Source of the DNA: an uncultured Desulfobulbia bacterium
GTDB lineage: Bacteria; Desulfobacterota; Desulfobulbia; Desulfobulbales; VMSU01
Assembly (NCBI GenBank): GCA_964608155.1
Contig: CAZSOB010000002.1
Location: 1 to 37,804, forward strand
Direction: 5' to 3'
Length of the DNA stretch: 37,804 nucleotides
Under the pieces are notes generated by a model. It saw only the letters and a program-made list of their open reading frames with translations, had not been told where the DNA came from and did no database searches. The first letter of the stretch is position 1. Each line of letters opens with the position of its first letter. A program made the position numbers and the translations under genes. Positions 26,134 through 35,713 of the stretch are shown in pieces.

Positions 26134-29100
26134 TGCCCAATCCTGGACGGAACCACCCTTGGTGAGGCCTGCAAGAGTTTAAGCACCGGCTGGTTACCTC
26201 TAAAACGGTAATTGACTTTGATATATTTGATCCCCATGTGTTGCAGGGCGTCTTTGCTCTGCGGAAAGTCGTTCGGGTAAAAGAGATGTTGTCCAGTCTT
26301 AAAATCATTTAAAAAGTCTGGAAACCCCTGGCTGCCTTTATATTGTTTTGTCAGGGTCAGATTTCCCACCTTGATTTCAAACAGAACATCACCGCAGCTT
26401 CCCGGCAACCATCTGAATTTTTTCATAATCGGAAACTGGAAATTACTCAACTTTGTGGTTTCACTGGCACATTGCAGCGTAAGGACGGTGGCGTAGGGCT
26501 TGGTGGCGGCCGCGGCGTTGACATCGGTTGGCAGGCCCTTGATGGAGACATCATAGCTGGCGCGCGCCGATAGTGTTGAGGTAATACCTTTAGTCAAAAA
26601 GTTGAGGAAACCGGGTTGAAAGGGAATTGTCTTACCCAGGGCTCGTACGGCATAATAGCCCTGTCTCGGTCTTGTGCTTATAAAAGGCGCCGCAGGCCCT
26701 TTAAGAAATTGTATGGCATAGCCGTTTTGATCCATTAAAAGTTTGCGCAATCGTTCCGGATCATGAATATCCTGAACATTGGCGAAAACATCCTTTTCCC
26801 AGCGCTTCTGCAAATAGCAGGACGTCTCGGTGCGGGTAAAATCCCACAGAAAATTAATTGGGCCATTGATCAGTTTCCAGAAAACATCTTCGTTCTCCCG
26901 GCCTGAGGTCATGTTAGTCCGAAGTCTTGAGGCCGCCTGTACGGCTGAGGTAAGTTCGGATTTATCACCATTAAAAACAGCCGCCGCAGCGCCATAGGCC
27001 GCCTTGCGGGGAGAGAGCAGGGGGACTGCCTTTTGCAGGGCATTCTGATAGCTGAGGCAGGCCTGAGCGGCCTGCATTTGATGCTCCAGAGCGTTCTTTG
27101 TCTCTGAGGCGTCAAGCTTGCGGCTAAATCCTTTGATCAACTGTTTTGATTTAATTTCAGCTTTTGAAAAAAAGGAGCCGCCGCTGGATTTGGCAAGGGT
27201 GCCTGCCTGTTTACGAACAGCCGGATAACGAGATATTAAGTCCGCCCAGGGGGGAAAATCTTCCTTCCCCGCCACAAAAGGACTCAATTCCTCCGCCGCT
27301 GTTGTCAGAAAAGTTAAATAAGGGCCTTGCAGTGAAGTGATCTTCTGGGCCATGGAAAACCATTCGTTATAACCGGCAAGGCCGGAGCTCCCCTGATGGA
27401 AATCCACGCTGAAACTACGCCAATCCGCGAAAAAGGCCTGGCGGTACGTAGTACTGAATCTGATTTTCTGGGCGGCAATCAGGGTTGCTCCCGGTTCAGG
27501 CAGGGCCTCTTCAAGTTCCCCCATGAAATTATCGATCAGTTTTTTCCCGTCTTGCGTAAAAGCGGGTTGGATAATAACCGCGGGCGATATCTGTTTGCTG
27601 CCGCCCCAGAAGTCTTGCAGGGTTATGGGTTTAAGGCTTTCCTGGGCGTTGGCCCAGGTAATCAGCCAGTTTAATTCGTATTTCTTAACAGCCAATGTAT
27701 GTTTCAACCAATTACGCAGGTTGTTCATTTCCAGGTTTATCCCGCTGTTGTCATGGTTCCAGAGCAGATAATAAAGGTACATATCGGCTGTTTTTTTGTT
27801 AATTTCCGGGATGAGCCTTGAATTTTCATTTGAGAGCAGCACCAGAAAGGACGCCTTTGGCATGGCAAAAAGCGTCTGGCGGTCATCAGTTTTCAGGCGT
27901 GTCTTTATCAGGTTGATGCGGCGTACTAAATGGCTTATGTGACGGCTGATGATCTTATCTGAAGTTACCGGCGTGAAATCGGCCATTCTAACCGTCATTT
28001 TCCGGTCAAGCGGCTGGAGAAAACCTTTTTGGAACTGCTGGTCGAATCTTTGTTTAAGCCTTGCCTCGACCTTGTTGCTTTCATTCAGACCAAACCGCGG
28101 AATCCACCAGTTGTCGTTTCTTTCTTCAACTTTCAAGATGGCCTGTTTATATTGATTAAGAGTTATAACGTCCGTTAACAGATCTCCCTGGAGGACAGGC
28201 GCCTGCAGAAATTGTTTCGGTACTTCCCGCATCGTCTTGAGATTTTTGACAAAGGAAAAGCTCAGCAGGCCGCAAAGTGCGAGAACAAAGGCGACCCATG
28301 AGGTCAGACCGAGATTTCTGGTCAGGCGGTTCCATTCAATGGCCTTCCTGGTCGGAGCGAAAATCCCCCTATCGGTGGGAAGTATTTTGGCAAAAAAATC
28401 GTGGAGAAACAGCCCCTTGCTGGTTCCGGGCAGCACTTCCCTTTCATCGATAAGTCCCAACTTGTGCAGGAAATGGGAATAGGGGGTTCCTTCCTGGCGG
28501 CCGCTGGTAAAGAAAATTCCCCGCATAATCGGGGTTTCCTGGTAGGGGTTTTCCTGAAAGGCCTTGCCCATAAAGGCCTGCAGCCCCTTGCTCAGTCTCT
28601 CGAATTCGAAGGGAAAGAGGATCAGGGCCGGATCAACCTTTTGGGCAGGCGTGTCATGGACAATGCGGAGAAGAAGATTGCGCAGCCGGGTCCCAATCGT
28701 CTCAACGGCCTGCGACCAGAAAGACGGGGGGGTCTTTGCCGGCTGCTGATTAACAAGACCCATGGCCTGGTCAACTACCTTGTCGGGGAGCTTGTCGAAA
28801 AACTGGGTCATGCCCTTTATCAGATCACATTTGGTCACCATTAAATAGACCGGAAATTTGGCCCCGAGACCCTGCATTAATTCGTCGATCCGGGCTCTGA
28901 TCAGCAGTCCTTCCTGCTCAAGATCTGCCGCCGAGGCGCTGAGAAGTTTATCGGCCGACAGGGTGACGATGAGGCCGTTTAACGGCTCCTTTTTGCGGTA
29001 TTTGGCCAGCAGGGTAAGAAATTTACGCCATTCCTCCTTGTCTGTCTCCTCATTGACCGGAACCGCGTAACGGCCTGCCGTATCAATGATGACCGCCTGC

Positions 29101-29600
29101 TCGAAAAACCACCAGTCGCAGTTTCTGGTCCCTGAAAGGCCGGAGACTTGAGCGGCATCGGCAAAGGGAGAGGATAAACGGGCGCTTTTTATCGCCGTAG
29201 TTTTACCTGAACCGCTTTCACCGATTATCAGATACCAGGGCAGCACATAAAGGGGGTTACCGAGTTTTTTCAGGTGCGATTGTTTCAACCGTTCAATGGA
29301 CTCTTTCCATTGTTCCTGGAGGAGCTGTGACGCTTGTTTGTCCCGGCCCGCCATGCTGTTTATCTGCATGGCGTCCTGGGAAACAATCTGGTCGACAAAC
29401 TGCTGCTCTTTTTTCCTGAGCAGAATTTTTTTAAGGAAAACAGCCCCGACTATCACCCCGATCAATAAGAGTAAGAGCGGGAAAGCAGTCCACCAGGGCC
29501 AATCAAGAATGAGTACCAGGCCGGTTATCAGAAGGATAACCAGGATAAAGGCGGCAATGATCAGGGATGATTTTATGGTTTTTTGCAGTATCTTATTCAT
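26121..29600 (-). CDS. tssM: T6SS membrane subunit TssM (IcmF)
   Basis: N-terminal TMs, LYVLPWYLIIGESGSGKTT, CDWWF, DTAGRY, PLNGLIV, FPVYLMVTKCDL, RGIFFTSGRQEG. Confidence 0.96.
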   Translation of the reverse strand: MNKILQKTIKSSLIIAAFILVILLITGLVLILDWPWWTAFPLLLLLIGVIVGAVFLKKILLRKKEQQFVDQIVSQDAMQINSMAGRDKQASQLLQEQWKESIERLKQSHLKKLGNPLYVLPWYLIIGESGSGKTTAIKSARLSSPFADAAQVSGLSGTRNCDWWFFEQAVIIDTAGRYAVPVNEETDKEEWRKFLTLLAKYRKKEPLNGLIVTLSADKLLSASAADLEQEGLLIRARIDELMQGLGAKFPVYLMVTKCDLIKGMTQFFDKLPDKVVDQAMGLVNQQPAKTPPSFWSQAVETIGTRLRNLLLRIVHDTPAQKVDPALILFPFEFERLSKGLQAFMGKAFQENPYQETPIMRGIFFTSGRQEGTPYSHFLHKLGLIDEREVLPGTSKGLFLHDFFAKILPTDRGIFAPTRKAIEWNRLTRNLGLTSWVAFVLALCGLLSFSFVKNLKTMREVPKQFLQAPVLQGDLLTDVITLNQYKQAILKVEERNDNWWIPRFGLNESNKVEARLKQRFDQQFQKGFLQPLDRKMTVRMADFTPVTSDKIISRHISHLVRRINLIKTRLKTDDRQTLFAMPKASFLVLLSNENSRLIPEINKKTADMYLYYLLWNHDNSGINLEMNNLRNWLKHTLAVKKYELNWLITWANAQESLKPITLQDFWGGSKQISPAVIIQPAFTQDGKKLIDNFMGELEEALPEPGATLIAAQKIRFSTTYRQAFFADWRSFSVDFHQGSSGLAGYNEWFSMAQKITSLQGPYLTFLTTAAEELSPFVAGKEDFPPWADLISRYPAVRKQAGTLAKSSGGSFFSKAEIKSKQLIKGFSRKLDASETKNALEHQMQAAQACLSYQNALQKAVPLLSPRKAAYGAAAAVFNGDKSELTSAVQAASRLRTNMTSGRENEDVFWKLINGPINFLWDFTRTETSCYLQKRWEKDVFANVQDIHDPERLRKLLMDQNGYAIQFLKGPAAPFISTRPRQGYYAVRALGKTIPFQPGFLNFLTKGITSTLSARASYDVSIKGLPTDVNAAAATKPYATVLTLQCASETTKLSNFQFPIMKKFRWLPGSCGDVLFEIKVGNLTLTKQYKGSQGFPDFLNDFKTGQHLFYPNDFPQSKDALQHMGIKYIKVNYRFRGNQPVLKLLQASPRVVPSRIGQCWE

Positions 29601-30277
29601 CAGTGCACCGTACCGAGGAATGTCTTGCCGATGTTGCTCAGGATGAAGCTGTAGATGAGAAACAGAGTGCCAAACAGGATGAGGGGCGAGACAAAAATCG
29701 CCAGGGTCATGGGATTAAGAAAGCCCTTTTTCGGGGCTGCAAAGGAATCCCCCGCCTCAGCCGGATAGGCCTCGGGGAAAAGTTCAGCTCGATCTAAAGG
29801 GGGCAGACCGATGGAACTGCCGAGTAAAAATTTGAGGTTGGAGGTCTTTAACTGCTCAAGCAGCATCGCGTCTCCCTCCTGGTGATACTGGCCCTTAAAG
29901 CCCATGGCGAGACAGAGATAAAAGATTTCCCGCGCCTCTTTTTGCTGCGGCCCCAGCTTGTTCAGGCGCTCAAAAAACTCCTTGCCGGCATCAGTGGTCT
30001 GAAAATAAAGGCGCTGGAGCGGCTCTTTCTGCCATTGCGTCCTGCCCTCCCATTGCGAACGGAGAATTGCCTCATCCCCCCAGGCGCAGATCGCGAAACG
30101 GGCTTCATTATAATCATCGGCCGAAATTCCTTCCTGCCGCATCACCTCTTCGCTTTCAGCCAGCAGGCGCTGAATATCAGCCTGTACCTGGCCGAAGGGC
30201 AGACTGTTTTGATTCTTATTCCTCAGAAAATAAGCCACATATGCCATCAATTCAGCAAAACAGTCCGTCAAACGCAT
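29600..30277 (-). CDS. tssL: T6SS TssL (DotU), no OmpA extension
   Basis: ARFAICAWGDE, W..EPLQ, AGKEFFERL, EIFYLCLAMGFKGQY, C-terminal TM. Confidence 0.94.
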   Translation of the reverse strand: MRLTDCFAELMAYVAYFLRNKNQNSLPFGQVQADIQRLLAESEEVMRQEGISADDYNEARFAICAWGDEAILRSQWEGRTQWQKEPLQRLYFQTTDAGKEFFERLNKLGPQQKEAREIFYLCLAMGFKGQYHQEGDAMLLEQLKTSNLKFLLGSSIGLPPLDRAELFPEAYPAEAGDSFAAPKKGFLNPMTLAIFVSPLILFGTLFLIYSFILSNIGKTFLGTVH

Positions 30278-30279
30278 GC

Positions 30280-31671
30280 TCAGCTCCTTTCTATAATCAT
30301 CATTTCCGCGGTCAAATCTTCAGGGGAATTATCCCAATATAAGGCAAGGTTGCCGCCCTTTATTACGCTGGCCCAGAGATCGTTATGATGGTCTATCTGG
30401 AAATAAAGGCTTTCGGGCCGATGCGGTAATTCCCTGGGCGGCGCGGTTAGATATTCCAGGCCGATACCGGGCAGAGCGCGGGCAATCAGCAGCGGCAGGG
30501 ATTCTCTTGAACCCAGCTTGGCGATACCCTGCAGGGCTTCGATAACATCATTTTGCGGCTCTTCGGTGCCGACTACAAGATAATAGCGGCTGCCTTCCGC
30601 GAATTGAGCCGGAGTCAGATCGGCGGCATAATAGGTGCCGTCATAAAGCAGCCGGATAATATAATCAGGCCCGGCGGTAATTTCATCAAGCAGCCGTGAA
30701 ATTAAAGATTGGGCGGCCAGGAAGCATTCAGACGGATCATTATGATCGTATCCGCCCAGCAGGTCAGTGCCGTCATTTAGTTCACCCACGGCGTTTATAC
30801 TGTCGGAAAAGGAAGATAATTCGCCGATAAGCTGGCGAAGCAGACCAAATACCTGCCATGGATGAACGGCGTTTGGTTCGGTAAGATGGAAGAGGAGCGG
30901 CACATAGCGGCAGAGGGTTCGGGAGGCCAGCATAAAAATCATATCCCGGGTGCCAAAATCACTGGTATGAACACCGCGCTGTTTTTTGTATTCATCAAGC
31001 TGCCGGCTGCGGCTGGCAATCTGATCGCGGATATCCTTAACGGTCTGGATAAGAATTTCCGAGCCTTGCAGGGCAATGGCGGGAGGGGAAAAATTCGGGG
31101 AAAACTGAATCGTTTCGCCATGCCTCTCCAATCTGGCAATCGGCATCAGCAGATAATCGCCGGCCATCTCTTTTTCCGACTCCCAGAAGATTTTAAGCAC
31201 CAGGTGCAGCTTTCTGACTTCTCCTGGCGGGCCGGTTTCGTAGAGGTCCTCCACCTGTTCAGACTCATCGGAGGTCACATAGCGTGTGGATACCTCGGTA
31301 ATCCGGTTAAGGCCCTTCTGTTCAGTAACGTTTGGGGATGTTCTGTCGAGCTTTTTCAGGCCGATATAAACGGTCAGGGGTTTATCACCTTCTGTCCAGG
31401 CGTCTTCAAAGGATCTGCCGGCCAACAAGGCATTGCCTGGGCAGACAGCATAGGTACCGTCCGGGAAGACAAATTCTCCCCGCGTCACCTCAAATGATTT
31501 ATTTTCCAAGGCGCCTTTTGATATTTCAAATCCGGCGACGCCCCAAAAGAAAGGGGATAGAAATTTCTGGAACGGCATCTGCAGGGACTGGAAATAAAGG
31601 TCGGCCTGCTGAAAATGATGCGGTTGAAGAAAAAGTCCCTGATGCCAAAACATCGGCCTTTGAATATCCAC
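30280..31671 (-). CDS. tssK: T6SS baseplate TssK
   Basis: WHQGLFLQPHHFQQ, FWGV, FPDG, HPWQVF, YDHND, ALPGI. GTG start with AGGAG RBS. Confidence 0.95.
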   Translation of the reverse strand: MDIQRPMFWHQGLFLQPHHFQQADLYFQSLQMPFQKFLSPFFWGVAGFEISKGALENKSFEVTRGEFVFPDGTYAVCPGNALLAGRSFEDAWTEGDKPLTVYIGLKKLDRTSPNVTEQKGLNRITEVSTRYVTSDESEQVEDLYETGPPGEVRKLHLVLKIFWESEKEMAGDYLLMPIARLERHGETIQFSPNFSPPAIALQGSEILIQTVKDIRDQIASRSRQLDEYKKQRGVHTSDFGTRDMIFMLASRTLCRYVPLLFHLTEPNAVHPWQVFGLLRQLIGELSSFSDSINAVGELNDGTDLLGGYDHNDPSECFLAAQSLISRLLDEITAGPDYIIRLLYDGTYYAADLTPAQFAEGSRYYLVVGTEEPQNDVIEALQGIAKLGSRESLPLLIARALPGIGLEYLTAPPRELPHRPESLYFQIDHHNDLWASVIKGGNLALYWDNSPEDLTAEMMIIERS

Positions 31672-31838
31672 CTAACTCTCCTTGTGGGATGTAGATCTGC
31701 TTTTAACAGCCAAGCGTTTGTCTCCGCTTCTCTGTATTATGATTGATTCAGCCTCAGGGGGTGGATGTCCAAGAGTAAGCCACAGCGAAAAAATGGGCCA
31801 GGTCAGCTTTAGTGTAGGATCTCTTCCCAAATACTCTC

Positions 31839-32384
31839 TTACTGGCCACTCACAATGCTTTTGATCTCAGTAGGGCCGGTGGAGCCCAGGTCAAGCTCCA
31901 GATTTAATATTGCGGGCTCTGAAGTCTTGGTTCGGCTGAACACACCGTTTGTTCTAATCACAACCGGTATTTTTAACAGGCGGACAACGTTTTCTTTCCG
32001 GACATTGTAATAACCAGCCGCCACGGACACATATTTCGTATTTTCCGCCCGGTCTAAGGAATAATCCGCCGTCTGGCCGGGCTGGACAATAATTCTCTTG
32101 GAATTCATCACCGTGGAGTCATATTGCGAACAGCTAAGCAGTTTATATATGCCAGCCATATCACCGGATAGCTGGCTGAAGGTATTGGGGTTACTCAACT
32201 GCTGAACGCAAAGCAGCAGGGTGTGTGGACTGCCGTTATATTGATTGAGCTGCGGGTCAGCTTTGATGTGGATCCGGATGGCATCCCTGCCATAGGTATA
32301 TTGCGGCGGGGGCGGTGGAGCGGCGGCGCAGGCTGAAAGAAAAAAAACGCAGAGTACTCCGCAGAGCAGCTTGAAATTATTCAT
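31839..32384 (-). CDS. tssJ: T6SS lipoprotein TssJ
   Basis: Lipobox LSAC; IKADPQLN, LCVQQL, VQPGQ, YVSVAAGYY. Start taken at ATG 32384. Confidence 0.9.
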   Translation of the reverse strand: MNNFKLLCGVLCVFFLSACAAAPPPPPQYTYGRDAIRIHIKADPQLNQYNGSPHTLLLCVQQLSNPNTFSQLSGDMAGIYKLLSCSQYDSTVMNSKRIIVQPGQTADYSLDRAENTKYVSVAAGYYNVRKENVVRLLKIPVVIRTNGVFSRTKTSEPAILNLELDLGSTGPTEIKSIVSGQ

Positions 32385-33102
32385 TTTCTTCTCTTTTTTT
32401 GAGGTAAAGGATTTGGCAATTTTTTTCAAATTCTTTCACAAAGGCATCGAGCAATAACCCGGAGCTCTGCCAATTTTGTAAAGTGTTATACTTTTCCCGG
32501 TAACTGTCAAGCATTTTTGCCTTCCGCAGGGGGCCAAAATTCAGATATCCTTCAGATTCTTCCGCGATGGAATCGGGATTTAGTTCCTGCAGGATTTCAT
32601 GGATTTTCGTTTTGGCTGATTTTTTAAAGGCCTGGAGTGAAATAGCAAAAAAATCACCTATTTGTTCGAGATGCTTTTCAAGCGCCTGCAGCCCCTCTCC
32701 TTTGTCAATACTGGAGTAGATGACCGTCCGGATTGTTTCTTCTCCGTCTCCATTGGCCCCGCCGAGGAGAGTGGCGTTTATGCCGCCAATTAATTTGTTC
32801 AGGGAGTCAAATACGGTATTCAGAGCGGCGGTTAGCTGCTGAGATATTTCTTCCGGCGATAAAGCCATTTTGGCCCGGTCTTTGCCCAGCAGCATGTTAA
32901 ATATATCGGCCTCCGGCCTGACGGCCGGCCGGAATTCGCTGCTTATGAGGTCATCTAAAAAGGCGATTCGTTCGGCGGGCGGACAATCTGTTAGTATTGT
33001 CAGGAGACGTTCCTCTATGCGGCCCGCGGCATTTGAGGCATCCTCCCGGTAAAGGTCTCTAATTTCTGCCGCGATTTTATCTTTGGGGATATTCGTCTTC
33101 AT
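32377..33102 (-). CDS. Stand-alone TagH/Fha C-terminal-like helical protein (no FHA domain)
   Basis: ILQELNPDSI...RKAKMLDSYREKY...AFVKEFEKN resembles the TagH C-terminal pattern (L..F.P..LE...RKA.LW..Y...Y...F..EF..AY). Occupies the tagH position before tssJ. Confidence 0.6.
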   Translation of the reverse strand: MKTNIPKDKIAAEIRDLYREDASNAAGRIEERLLTILTDCPPAERIAFLDDLISSEFRPAVRPEADIFNMLLGKDRAKMALSPEEISQQLTAALNTVFDSLNKLIGGINATLLGGANGDGEETIRTVIYSSIDKGEGLQALEKHLEQIGDFFAISLQAFKKSAKTKIHEILQELNPDSIAEESEGYLNFGPLRKAKMLDSYREKYNTLQNWQSSGLLLDAFVKEFEKNCQILYLKKREENE

Positions 33103-35213
33103 CCCTTTTTCGCTTTACGCAATTTTTCAAGTTGTTCCACGCTAATCATGACGGTCTCGGAAAGGTTGTCCTCACTGAAATTTGAGGCCTGGGGCGCGGC
33201 GCCGACCTCTTTCCCGGCAAGATCAGGCGGCGGCTCATTCCGGACTTTGGAGACCGGCTCCGGGGCGGGCGGCTGGTTCGCGACAAAGGCCTGGATGTCA
33301 TTGATATTCATTATTACTGTTTTTTCGACTTCTTCCAGGGGCTCTTGCTCTGTTGTCTGCCCGCCGGTTTCTGATGGTTTTTCCTTTTCCGGTTCACAGA
33401 TCTTGGCGGCGGTCTGCTGTTCGGCCAGCAGAGTGGAGATTTGGTCAGCAGTCATTATCACCGTTTTTTCAATCTCTTCCTCCTTGTCGGCCGTCTGCGG
33501 CTCGGCAACTGGAACAGACGAAGCAACGCTTTCCGCCGGGGTCTGCCCGGCCTGCCATTTCTCCATAATACTAAAGAGGATATCGCTGATTGGCCCGTCT
33601 TTTTCCGTCTGCTTCTCTTTTAGCACCGCGGCCGGGGCGGGGGGGGCCGCAAACAGGCTCTTTTTAACTTTCGCCGCGGTATTGGCGGCCTGTTCCAGAA
33701 AAGGATCAAGGGAGAATTGCTGGTCGGCATGATACGAGGCCCGCAAGAGAGTCCAGCCCAGGTTAAGGGCCTCCTGCCACAGGGCAAGCCAGGGGGCGGG
33801 AATTTCCCTTGGCTTTGGATGCCAAAAGATATTTTCAGGGCAAAAGGCCTTGTCAGACTTTTGCATGACCAAAGCTCCAAAGTCCAGCCCTTCCTCTTCG
33901 ATATTCCTGTCGGTCAGAAAGGGGGCAAGGGCGCGTTGAATGTCCGCGGCAGTCTGTTTGTTATTTGCCAGCAGGGCATGAAACCAGAGAACAGCCATGG
34001 CGTAAAGGCTCAGCGCCTGGGGTACTCTGACGAAAGAGGCTTCCTGCTGCGGGGCAAGGCCGACAGCCCGCGGCCTGACCTTAAAATTCCAGAAATAAGG
34101 TAGCAGCCCTTCATAATCGGCAAGATTCACCCAGTAATGGTCAATGGAGGGCCTCAGATCCGGATGAATTAAATTTCCGTTTCTTGAGAGAGCGCTTCTG
34201 TTTATCTGCTTTAGAAAGGCAAGTTTTAGATACAGAATCTCAAGAAAATGGCGTGGATCGTTGTCAAAAAAGAACGTCAATCTGTCCGCGCCCTGCCCGC
34301 GGAAGTCATCAAGGCAGCGAGCCCTTCCAGGCTCACTGTCGACATCTATCCTGTTTTTGATTTCATCGCAGGCGGCCCCTGATATCAGTGATAAAAAATC
34401 ACGCGCCTGGAGCTGCATCGCCTCACTAAGGAGCATCCTGAAAGGATAAAAGGCAAATGGCACTATCCTGGAACCAGCAAGCTTTTCAGCCTTGAAGCAT
34501 TCATGACGGTTGTTACACGCCAGACACGGGAAGCCGGCAGCCGGTTTATCCCCCTCTATAAGACGGCCAAATTCAGCGATTAACGTCCGGCGATCCTTGA
34601 CCATTGGTCGAACCGCGCCGGCGTATTCATCAACAAAAAAGGTGGTACGCCCCTCAGCCGCCTGACAATCCGGACAAAAGAGGAAGCGTTCTAAGGTTGA
34701 GGCATAGGACGGCAGGCCTGCCGCCGACAGGATATTTTCAGCAGTACAAAGTTCCAGTGAACTGCCACATACAGGACATGGGGGATGGAAAAAAACTTTT
34801 TGTTCCACACAATAAAACAGGGACTTCCAGAGAGGAAAAGAGGGCCTGTCGTCCGTCAGGCCGGGCAGACTGATAAAAGGGCCTGATTCTTTTTCCACGC
34901 CATAAAACTCAAAGGCCTCCTCCCACAGATGATCTATTCCCTTATTATCCAGAGGAACATCTTTTTCGGTGAAAGAATACCGATCTTTCTGCACCAGAAG
35001 AAAGATCTTTTTTATGGTGTTCTGGGAATTGAGGGAGAAAGAAGCATCTATGAGGCTGGCAACCGCGGACGAGGCATCAAGAACTATAAACGAGGCCGAA
35101 GATTTACCTGAGGCGCAAGAAAAATTAGTGTTAAATGAAATACTTAAATGTATGTTTGTGGTTTGTTTATTAAGCCAGGGAAGCAGGGACTGAGTTGCGG
35201 GAAAGTTGATCAT
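33099..35213 (-). CDS. Cys-rich (Zn-finger) kinase-like/pseudokinase protein with repeated C-terminal E-K/E-T-V-I/M motifs
   Basis: CPVC, CPDC, CLAC..C clusters; LIHPDLRPS resembles HRDLKP; SLYAMAVLWFHAL resembles subdomain IX; tail EIEKTVIMT, EVEKTVIMN, LSETVMIS. Start ATG 35213 preferred over TTG 35261. The CDS is secure; the function is speculative. Confidence 0.6.
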   Translation of the reverse strand: MINFPATQSLLPWLNKQTTNIHLSISFNTNFSCASGKSSASFIVLDASSAVASLIDASFSLNSQNTIKKIFLLVQKDRYSFTEKDVPLDNKGIDHLWEEAFEFYGVEKESGPFISLPGLTDDRPSFPLWKSLFYCVEQKVFFHPPCPVCGSSLELCTAENILSAAGLPSYASTLERFLFCPDCQAAEGRTTFFVDEYAGAVRPMVKDRRTLIAEFGRLIEGDKPAAGFPCLACNNRHECFKAEKLAGSRIVPFAFYPFRMLLSEAMQLQARDFLSLISGAACDEIKNRIDVDSEPGRARCLDDFRGQGADRLTFFFDNDPRHFLEILYLKLAFLKQINRSALSRNGNLIHPDLRPSIDHYWVNLADYEGLLPYFWNFKVRPRAVGLAPQQEASFVRVPQALSLYAMAVLWFHALLANNKQTAADIQRALAPFLTDRNIEEEGLDFGALVMQKSDKAFCPENIFWHPKPREIPAPWLALWQEALNLGWTLLRASYHADQQFSLDPFLEQAANTAAKVKKSLFAAPPAPAAVLKEKQTEKDGPISDILFSIMEKWQAGQTPAESVASSVPVAEPQTADKEEEIEKTVIMTADQISTLLAEQQTAAKICEPEKEKPSETGGQTTEQEPLEEVEKTVIMNINDIQAFVANQPPAPEPVSKVRNEPPPDLAGKEVGAAPQASNFSEDNLSETVMISVEQLEKLRKAKKG

Positions 35214-35496
35214 ACTGGTACTGTTGGTGTCCACGAGTTGGATAAAACAAGTATTTTGCAAAAAAGCCGGGCAAGTATTAATCCTGTCTGTCCAGCCAAT
35301 TCCCCTATCCTGTTTAAATAGTTATATATTTCTACTTTACAGTAGGTCGTAGTAGGTAGTTCCCTTGTACCATATAACCTACACAATGGCAGATGGTCAA
35401 GAGTGATGGCGTTAAAAAGCAATTTTTGAGATAACTATTTACAAATACGAATAAATACGCAGAAGAGAGCGGCAACAAAAGTTGCCACTGAACGCA

Positions 35497-35534
35497 ACAA
35501 GGGGGGTTAAGCCAATGTACTTAACCCCCCTTGT
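35497..35534 (-). terminator. Hairpin downstream of tRNA-Arg (terminator or att-associated IR)
   Basis: Perfect 15-bp IR ACAAGGGGGGTTAAG/CTTAACCCCCCTTGT with an 8-nt loop, 7 nt from the tRNA CCA. Confidence 0.65.
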
Positions 35535-35541
35535 CTATTAC

Positions 35542-35618
35542 TGGTGCGCCCGGCAGGATTCGAACCTGCTACCCTCGGATTCGTAGTCCGATACTCTATC
35601 CAGATGAGCTACGGGCGC
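35542..35618 (-). tRNA. tRNA-Arg(ACG)
   Basis: GCGCCCGTAGCTCATCTGGATAGAGTATCGGACTACGAATCCGAGGGTAGCAGGTTCGAATCCTGCCGGGCGCACCA: 77 nt, anticodon ACG, GTTCGAATC T-loop, encoded CCA. Confidence 0.97.
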
Positions 35619-35713
35619 TTATGATTTTAACTGCCTGGATTAATAACCTAAAATTGTTAAAGCGGCAACAAAATTATCCCTCATTCCCGATGAGGTTAAC
35701 CCCGGGGGATTTT

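Noticed and set aside
14557-31497. Many plus-strand ORFs of 60-270 aa within the T6SS core
   Set aside because: Antisense shadows of well-supported minus-strand tss genes, with no recognisable motifs.
31672-31838. 167-bp gap between tssJ and tssK
   Set aside because: No convincing ORF, repeat or stable structure was recognised by eye.
35240-35300. Possible sigma54 promoter upstream of the T6SS operon (and TTGGCAC near 3405)
   Set aside because: The GG-N10-GC spacing is not satisfied in either case.
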